From contig JAXGLZ010000003.1 in the NCBI GenBank assembly GCA_040768925.1, positions 383,688-447,687 of the forward strand: a stretch of DNA of 64,000 bases, given 5' to 3'. Positions 7,984 to 14,859 of this stretch are shown here, piece after piece (positions within the stretch are counted from its first letter, which is position 1; the number at the start of each line of letters is the position of its first letter). The translations under genes were made by a program, and so were the position numbers. The DNA is from Christensenellales bacterium. Lineage in GTDB: Bacteria > Bacillota > Clostridia > Christensenellales > CALWSW01. The notes under the pieces were generated by a model. It was not told where the DNA came from. It ran no database searches and worked only from the letters and a program-made list of their open reading frames with translations.

Positions 7984-8508
7984 GTGAGAAGTGAAGTATG
8001 CTGGTTACCGGGCCTGGAGTGCTATGGGGGTACAGGTCAAGATTGGAATATCTATGAGAATAGGCTCTACGCAATATTCAAAGCCGCTTTCATTGATTCC
8101 AAACCTGTGTATGATGGAAAGCCGGTAAACATAAGATTCAAACCGGTAGTAAATGGAAAAGCAGAAGCGTTCTACCATGTGACGTGCCGTGATTACCATT
8201 TGGTCGAGGAACGGTGTCCAGATTACCGTCGTTGTGAACGAATTCGATGGGTCAGAAGCTTTATCGAGAACTATAACTGTGACGCGACCCGTTGCCCCGA
8301 GTGCGACGGCGTTAAAGTGTGGCAGGAGCTCGCGCCGAAAGGTACTAATCTAAGGGTTCACATTTTATTGGAAGAAGAGCGCTATATGGTCATTTTAGAG
8401 CTCCGCGAATCGTACAATCTATTGATTACTGCATTCTTTATTGATCAGGATCACACTCTGCGGACGCAGCTTAGGCATTATCAAGCTTACATAAGTTCGC
8501 ATCAATGA
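7984..8508 (+). CDS. Hypothetical Cys/His-rich protein, operonic partner of the DUF3800 gene
   Basis: GTG start lies 6 nt after the DUF3800 stop. Possible Zn-binding residues: HVTCRDYH, ERCPDYRRCERIRW, CDATRCPECDG. I cannot assign a family. Confidence 0.55.
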   Translation: MRSEVCWLPGLECYGGTGQDWNIYENRLYAIFKAAFIDSKPVYDGKPVNIRFKPVVNGKAEAFYHVTCRDYHLVEERCPDYRRCERIRWVRSFIENYNCDATRCPECDGVKVWQELAPKGTNLRVHILLEEERYMVILELRESYNLLITAFFIDQDHTLRTQLRHYQAYISSHQ

Positions 8509-8594
8509 AGTAACATTTAAAAAATATTTGCGTATAATGGAAATGGGCGCAGGGAAAAATAAATTCGAGCGTTAAGAAGAGTCTGTTTTTTCTC

Positions 8595-8623
8595 TTGACA
8601 AGCGCTCAGCACGTGCTATACTC
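8595..8623 (+). promoter_or_regulatory. Strong promoter-like element with no annotated gene
   Basis: TTGACA (8595-8600), a 16-17 bp spacer, then TATACT (8617-8622). Confidence 0.45.
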
Positions 8624-8826
8624 AAAGTAGCTCATCTGCCGCGTGTAGAAGGAGTCTCTGATGACGTCTTGTTCAGTCAAGGCGTTTTCTGCTTTTATTG
8701 GACTGCCTGAGTGAGCGATCATGTTAGAAGTTCGGCATTGCACCCTCCTCGGCGATTTTGCACCCCCTCAACGCTGAAAACGAGGGGAGCATTAAATTGT
8801 ATCAATCTCGGTCATCTTAGACAAGC

Positions 8827-8860
8827 AAAGAAGCTCGATAACTCGGGCTTCTTTTCATTT
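8827..8860 (+). terminator. Rho-independent terminator
   Basis: AAAGAAGC (8827-8834) pairs with GCTTCTTT (8847-8854) and is followed by a T-rich run. Confidence 0.5.
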
Positions 8861-9628
8861 TCCCAGACAATTAAGGCGTTTGCGGGCTGTATCTTTTTGT
8901 TGTCGGCTATAATATTTTACCGCCCCCGTTATTTATTTCGCCCCATGATATGTAACAAAATATGTAATGGAATTTGTGTTGGTTCACCCCAAGAACAAAA
9001 AAATACCCGCCAGATGAAGCCGACGGGTCAAAACGTATAGGCCGATTGCGGTTCGGCTCACCGTGCGGCACAATGCCGAATGCGGGTATCGCTGGCAGGG
9101 CAGATCACCACCTCGTCAGCATTGGGGAGGTCGTGGCAGATCAGGTCAAAGCAGCCCCCCATGAGCTGCTCCATATAATCGCCGCGCCACCTGCCCTCGC
9201 CAGCAAAGGCATTGTAGAAAAAGGGGCTGAGAACTCAACCGGACTTGATGAAGGGCCGTCTCAGCGTCAACGCCTGGGCTGCCCCATTGTTTATAACAAA
9301 TAAGCGAATCAACTTTCACGATATCTTTTGTCAATACAGCTTTGCAGCTTGTTTTGTTGAAATATATAACTCACTAAGCTTGAAGATACTGCCCCAAACT
9401 CGCCGTAACTTGCCGTTTCCCGTTCTTTCCCGGTTTTTCCCGGGTGCACTCCAGCGGCCTTCTGGTTTTGCCAAATAACGCGAGAAATAACAGCATGCAA
9501 TACAAAAACCGTACCCAGCATGATATAATAAAATCATTAGAATATTACGCAACTACATGGCCTTTCTGCAAGCTTTATCACTAAGGCTGTGGCTGGCTAC
9601 AGAGATCGCGGCGCAAAGGAGCATACGC

Positions 9629-10468
9629 ATGGATCTACCAAAGTTTAGAATAGGCAACGTATCAAAAATGTTGGGCATCGCGCCAGAAACAATCCGCTAC
9701 TATGAGCGGAAGAAAATCATCCGCCCGTCCAAGGATACCGGCAGCGGATACCGCCAGTTTGACCTGATGGATATGTGCCTTCTGACCAGAACGCGCGCGT
9801 ACCTGCACTATGGCTTTTCATTGGAAGAAGCCAAAGAGCTGCTTGCCGCGCCAGGGCTGGAGGTGCTTCACGCCGCGCTGCAGACCCGGGAAAAAGAGCT
9901 GGAACAATCCATTTTTGAAGATTTGACCACGCTGAACGGGCTCAGAAAAAAGCTGGCGGATGTTCACAATATTAAAAAAAACCTGGGGCGGTTTTCCCTT
10001 CAGAGCAGGCCCGCCATGCTGTGCCTGACCCTGTTTGAGGATGGATGCCCCCTTAATGACGAAACCGGGGAATATCTGCCCCCGCATTTTCTGGATAACC
10101 AGCTGGTAACATTCGCCTATCTTGAATTCGATAAGGATAAATTGGAAAAGGAATGCAAAGACGCCATCTGCGATGTGGGCATGGCGGTGCTGGAAAGCGA
10201 CGCACCGGCAATTGGCGTGCAAACAGGGGGGGTTGTGCGCGCACTGCCCGCCTGCCCATGTCTTTACACCGCCATACCCATGCGGGCGGAACAAAAATAT
10301 GGCGAGGCGTTACGGCCTGTTTTGGATTTTGCGCGTACGCGGGGGCTGTGCCTTGCCGGCAACGTAATCTGCCGCACCATCGCCGTTCACGAAGATGGGG
10401 ACAGCTATCTTTATTACCGTGACGTATGGCTGCCAATCGTTGAAAGTAAGCTAAATACTCCCATTTAA
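9629..10468 (+). CDS. MerR-family transcriptional regulator with C-terminal effector domain (module 1)
   Basis: FRIGNVSKMLGIAPETIRYYERKKIIRPSKDTGSGYRQF is a MerR HTH. The ATG at 9629 (RBS AAAGGA) is preferred over the ORF-track start at 9557. Confidence 0.8.
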   Translation: MDLPKFRIGNVSKMLGIAPETIRYYERKKIIRPSKDTGSGYRQFDLMDMCLLTRTRAYLHYGFSLEEAKELLAAPGLEVLHAALQTREKELEQSIFEDLTTLNGLRKKLADVHNIKKNLGRFSLQSRPAMLCLTLFEDGCPLNDETGEYLPPHFLDNQLVTFAYLEFDKDKLEKECKDAICDVGMAVLESDAPAIGVQTGGVVRALPACPCLYTAIPMRAEQKYGEALRPVLDFARTRGLCLAGNVICRTIAVHEDGDSYLYYRDVWLPIVESKLNTPI

Positions 10469-10478
10469 CAGGTTGCGC

Positions 10479-10509
10479 TTGACTCTCCTATTGTGACAGG
10501 CATTACGGT
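10479..10509 (+). promoter_or_regulatory. MerR-type promoter with 19-bp spacer (module 1)
   Basis: TTGACT (10479-10484), 19 bp CTCCTATTGTGACAGGCAT, then TACGGT (10504-10509). It sits between the merR-like gene and the reductase gene. Confidence 0.55.
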
Positions 10510-10546
10510 AAATGCAGCGATCAAATATCACAGGAGGAGAATGAAC

Positions 10547-12355
10547 ATGAAAAAATGGATATCCCTATTGCTGTGCGCCTTGCTGGCAATCGGCATGGCG
10601 GCATGCACCATTACCCCGACGCCGGAAACACCCGTGCAGACGCCGGCAGAAAGCCCCGATTCACAAGCGGCGCAAGATGGAGCGTTCGTTGCCGGCACCT
10701 ATCAGGCTACCGCCACGGGGCACAACGGGGACTTTACCGTTACGGTTGAGTTCAGCAAGGACAAGATTGAACGCATTGATCTTGGCGACCACAAGGAATC
10801 CCAATATCTTGGGAGCCATGCGATGGACCTGATCTGCGAACAAATCCTGGCAAACCAGTCGGTCGATGTGGATACTATAGCGGGCGCAACCGTTTCCACC
10901 GCCGCGGTGCGCGCCGCGGTATCCAGCGCAGTAGAGCAGGCCGGAGCCAACCCCGGCGATATGCCTGCGCCGGCAGCCCCGAGTGACGTCTGGGAGGATG
11001 TTACAACCCAGGTTGTGATCATCGGCGGCGGGAGCGCGGGGCTTTGCGCCGTAGTAGAAGCGAACGAACTGGGGCTTGACGCCATCCTGGTGGAGCAGCT
11101 TGGCATCTTGGGCGGCTCTTCGGTACGCGCCGCTTATTTGCAGGCCGGCGGCACGCGCCTGCAGGCGGAAAACAACATTGCATATTCTGTGGACGACTAT
11201 AAGTCCTTCCTTGCGGACGCCTCACAGGCGGGCTTTGGCAAGGGCAACCATGATGAAGCTGGAGCAGGCCTGTTTCAGCAGGATACCGCCGTGCGCATTG
11301 CGGAAATGGCCGGCGAGAATATTGACTGGCTGCAGGATTTGGGCGCTCCCATAACGGTAACCCACAATATATTTTGGGGAAACGGCAACCGCATTGGGCC
11401 TTACCTTGTAGAGACCATGGCGCAAACGATCCAAGACAGGGGGATTGACTGCCGCCTGAACACCCGCGCAAATGAAGTCATAATGGAGAACGGGACCGCG
11501 GTGGGCGTACAGGTGGAGGCGCCCGACGGGAGTTTTTACAATATCTATGCCGACGCGGTGGTGCTGGCCACCGGCGGCTACAATGCCAGCCAGGATATGA
11601 TTTCCCAATATAACCCGAAATACAAAGGAGCCCCTACCGATTGCAGCAAGGGTTCGGATGGCTCCGGCATGCTGATGGGTGAGAAGGCCGGCGGCGTGCT
11701 TGCGTATATGGATGTCGGGAACTACCATCCCTTTGCGCTGATGTGGAGAGGGGCCTGCCGTTCGCTGGCCACAGTCATTGACCAGGGTGCCATCGCTGTA
11801 AATGCCGAGGGAAAACGGTTTGTAAATGAAGATACCCGCTATGGCGAAGCATGCTGCGATGCGGTTATGGCCCAAACAGGCGGCACATGCTATGTGATTA
11901 TGGATCAGAGCACCGCGGAGCGGATGTTGGCGCCCGAGAGCGCAAACACGGCAAACCTGGAATGCATGTATGAAGTGGCCCAATCCCCCGAGGAACTGGC
12001 GGAAAAATTGGGTATTGATCCGGAAGGCCTTGCAAAGACAATCCAAACCTACGGGACATATGCGAAAAACGGCGAGGATACCGAATTGGGCCGCAGCGCA
12101 AAAACCATGGCAGCCAATTTTGAAGCGGGTCCCTACTATGGGGTGCGGTCCACCATCAACCTGCACACAAACCATGGCGGCCTGGTCATCGATATTGACA
12201 TGCATGTGCTGGATAAAGAGAACCAGCCAATCCCCGGCCTGTATGCGGCGGGTGAGGTTGCGGCAACGCACATTGCAGGAGCCACCACGCTGACACTGAG
12301 TGTGGCGGAGGGGCGTATTGCCGCGAGATCCATCCAAGCGGCGCTGCAAAACTAG
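10547..12355 (+). CDS. Lipoprotein FMN-bind + FAD-dependent flavocytochrome c / fumarate-reductase-family reductase (module 1)
   Basis: Lipobox LLAIGMAAC. FMN_bind flavinylation-type motif DTIAGATVS (10871-10891). FAD fold VVIIGGGSAGL. C-terminal GLYAAGEVA. AGGAGG RBS 8 nt before ATG 10547. Confidence 0.8.
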   Translation: MKKWISLLLCALLAIGMAACTITPTPETPVQTPAESPDSQAAQDGAFVAGTYQATATGHNGDFTVTVEFSKDKIERIDLGDHKESQYLGSHAMDLICEQILANQSVDVDTIAGATVSTAAVRAAVSSAVEQAGANPGDMPAPAAPSDVWEDVTTQVVIIGGGSAGLCAVVEANELGLDAILVEQLGILGGSSVRAAYLQAGGTRLQAENNIAYSVDDYKSFLADASQAGFGKGNHDEAGAGLFQQDTAVRIAEMAGENIDWLQDLGAPITVTHNIFWGNGNRIGPYLVETMAQTIQDRGIDCRLNTRANEVIMENGTAVGVQVEAPDGSFYNIYADAVVLATGGYNASQDMISQYNPKYKGAPTDCSKGSDGSGMLMGEKAGGVLAYMDVGNYHPFALMWRGACRSLATVIDQGAIAVNAEGKRFVNEDTRYGEACCDAVMAQTGGTCYVIMDQSTAERMLAPESANTANLECMYEVAQSPEELAEKLGIDPEGLAKTIQTYGTYAKNGEDTELGRSAKTMAANFEAGPYYGVRSTINLHTNHGGLVIDIDMHVLDKENQPIPGLYAAGEVAATHIAGATTLTLSVAEGRIAARSIQAALQN

Positions 12356-12393
12356 CAGATACCCTGTAATACCCGGCCTTACCGGCCAATACA

Positions 12394-12431
12394 AACCCGC
12401 AAACAGATTTGGCAGCTGTTTGCGGGTTTTG
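12394..12431 (+). terminator. Rho-independent terminator after reductase 1
   Basis: AACCCGCAAACAG pairs with CTGTTTGCGGGTT (13-bp stem) and is followed by TTT. Confidence 0.7.
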
Positions 12432-12712
12432 CATAACGGTCGAATGCTGAACCCCACGCCCAGCTTCGGTCGTTTTCATGTTTTGAAAGCGCCGTAAAGG
12501 CGAAGATTCAAGGGATTTAATTCATTTTGACTTTTAAAAAGCGATTGGCAAGAACGTTAACCTCGTGGCGAAAATAACAGCACAGATCCTGTTCGGGCCC
12601 CTTGAGCCTGGCTGAACCGACTTGTTTCATTTATGTAATCTTCATCACAACAGCCAAATTCTACGGTTTTTTCAACCAAAGCCATCCAATGTTAAAAAAG
12701 ACGTGCAACGCC

Positions 12713-12740
12713 GAAAAAGCCCGTGGTTACGGGCTTTTTC
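12713..12740. terminator. Bidirectional terminator-like hairpin
   Basis: GAAAAAGCCCGTGGTTACGGGCTTTTTC: GCCCGT pairs with ACGGGC, flanked by A and T runs. Confidence 0.5.
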
Positions 12741-12781
12741 GGTCCTCTGCCCAGATTTTCAAAAGAGTGCTTTTTTCCGGA

Positions 12782-14058
12782 GGCCGATTGTAAAATGAAG
12801 TTGGACACTTGCAGAAAAGATCCATAGTGATATTTTCCCGTGGTAGAATGGAGTTCTCACACACCCATATCTACAAAGGAGGCAATCACTATGGACTGCC
12901 AAGAGTATACCACAGGGGAAAGAGAGCGTAAACGGGGGCAGCATTTAGGGTTGTCCGAACGTGGGGCCATACGGGTGCTACACCGACAGGGGTTCTCCCA
13001 AAGGAAGATTGCCAAAGTGGTGAACTGCTCGCCGACAACGGTAGGCAATGAGCTAAAACGAGGCACAGCGCCGCGCAAATCCAACAAAGGCCGTGCACCC
13101 TGCTATTCGGCAAAACGAGGGGAAGCGGTATACAAAGCCAATCGGCAGAGAAGCCGCAGAAGAAAAAAGTTGGGCTGCTGCCAGGATTTTCTGGACTGGG
13201 TGGTAGCGCAATTTCGGGAGCATGACTGGTCTTTTGATGCCTGCGCGGGCTATGCCAGGCGACATAAACTGTTTGCGACGGATGAGATGGTTTGCAGCAA
13301 AACACTATATAACGCGCTGTGGAGCGGAGAACTGCCACTATCTCTGACCGATATGCCCGAGGTATTGAAGCGCAAAAGCCACAAGAACAAGCCCCGGGAG
13401 AATAAGCGGATTTACGGCACCAGCATCGATGAGCGCCCGGCTGTTGCAAGCGGGCGTACCGAGATAGGCCACTGGGAGGGCGATACCGTTGTAGGGCATC
13501 GCGCAGGCAAAGAGGCTGCTATCTTGTCTCTCGTGGAAAAGAAAACCCGGCACTACATCGCCCTGCTCATCGAGGGCAAGACCAGCGAAGCAGTTATGGC
13601 GGCAATGACCGCATTGCAAGAGGAATATGGCAATCGGTTTTCCGAGGTGTTCAAGACGATTACGCTGGACAATGGTTCTGAGTTTTCTGATTTTGCAGCC
13701 GTTGAGCAATGGGGCACAAAGGTGTTTTTCGCCCATCCGTACACCTCGTGGGAGCGTCCGCAAAATGAGCGTCACAATGGCCTATTCCGCTTGTATGTGC
13801 CCAAGGGAACCTCCATGAGCAACTACTCCGCCGACTACATCCTGCGCTCGGCAGACCAGCTCAATGGTCGTCCTCGCAAAATACTGGGCTACAATACCCC
13901 CGAAGAACTCTTTGACGCCTTTCTCGATGAGCTCTACACCGCAGCCTGACGCCGCCCGGACCCGCTTCCGCACTTGCCTACGGCTCCTACTCCAGCGGAG
14001 CCGGCAACCTCACACTCCTGCGACCACGGGGGTGTCCAACTTGCACTTGCAATTTGCC
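12782..14058 (+). mobile_element. IS30-family insertion sequence, copy A (1277 bp)
   Basis: Imperfect ~27-bp terminal IRs (GGCCGATTGTAAAATGAAGTTGGACAC / GGCAAATTGCAAGTGCAAGTTGGACAC). Flanked by a 13-bp direct repeat GCTTTTTTCCGGA (12769-12781 and 14059-14071). Identical to copy B. Confidence 0.9.
12891..13949 (+). CDS. IS30-family DDE transposase
   Basis: N-terminal HTH (LGLSERGAIRVLHRQGFSQRKIAKVVNCSPTTV) and an rve core (IGHWEGDTVVG...TLDNGSEF...HPYTSWERPQNE). AAGGAGG RBS before ATG 12891; the ORF track starts at GTG 12840. Confidence 0.9.
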   Translation: MDCQEYTTGERERKRGQHLGLSERGAIRVLHRQGFSQRKIAKVVNCSPTTVGNELKRGTAPRKSNKGRAPCYSAKRGEAVYKANRQRSRRRKKLGCCQDFLDWVVAQFREHDWSFDACAGYARRHKLFATDEMVCSKTLYNALWSGELPLSLTDMPEVLKRKSHKNKPRENKRIYGTSIDERPAVASGRTEIGHWEGDTVVGHRAGKEAAILSLVEKKTRHYIALLIEGKTSEAVMAAMTALQEEYGNRFSEVFKTITLDNGSEFSDFAAVEQWGTKVFFAHPYTSWERPQNERHNGLFRLYVPKGTSMSNYSADYILRSADQLNGRPRKILGYNTPEELFDAFLDELYTAA

Positions 14059-14859
14059 GCTTTTTTCCGGATACAAAACCGGGAGAATGGCCTTTTGACA
14101 GGATTTGAATTTTTGAGCAAAGCAAAACGGCTGTATGGGATGCGCGCATCCATACAGCCGTCTGAATACGGCGTCCAGCTTTTTGGGGAATCATGCGGCT
14201 CGATCAGACCTGCCATATGCCGGGGCATCCGCCGGCTGATGGCTCCGGCATTCGTGATTTTCGTCAGATCATCCGGCTTTTCACAAAAAGCATGCCCTCT
14301 CCTCCCCCGCTATCTGATTATACCTGACGCGCCCCTCAAAATATATTAGACTTGGCACGACTCGTGCCTGGTTATTTGGCAATGCCAGATCGCCCGGCCG
14401 TATGGATATGACTTCGCAACTTCTATATAATTGAAAATGGGGCGAATCCGCACGTCTTATCCTGTCAGGCTAAAAATAGGTTTTTTGAAACGGCCGCCTA
14501 TACGTTTTGCGTTTTTTCGGGCGCCCCGGCGCTCTCTTTGCCGGACCGCGCGGGAGAGCGGCGGCGGCAATCACACCCATCATGAAAAAAACCCCCCGCT
14601 TTTCAATCCGGACCGGTGAAAGAGACGGTTGCGGGCACCTTCGCGGTTGGGATCGACCATGGCGGGTCGGAGCGGCGATGCGTGAAAACCCTGGCAGTAA
14701 AATCGTTGTTGAATCGGGGTAATGGGGATTCGGATATGAAAGAAACCGCGGCAATTCTTTTGGCTGTTCCGATGCTCCTCCAGCCCTGTCCAAATTGAGT
14801 GAAAGCGGCGGACTGTTATGCCTTGGTTCCGGCCGGATCATGGTTAAAGGGGTTGTAAA

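Noticed and set aside
11222-12457. Very long antisense or alternative-frame ORFs inside high-GC genes, for example 11222-12457(-), 32981-34387(-), 35302-36669(+), 36736-38382(-), 43931-44773(-), 47237-49114(+) and 20622-21425(+).
   Set aside because: Their translations are Arg/Gly/Ala/Pro/His-rich low-complexity strings without motifs. The opposite or other frame encodes proteins with clear family signatures. These are typical shadow ORFs of GC-rich coding DNA.
14072-14859. A riboswitch or leader upstream of the Zn-ribbon gene (long GC-rich untranslated stretch), plus several 60-135-aa ORFs there.
   Set aside because: I could not match it to the cobalamin, c-di-GMP, glycine, ZTP, Mn or preQ1 consensus cores by eye. 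The ORFs are Arg/Pro/Gly-rich with no RBS. A covariance-model scan would be needed to say more.
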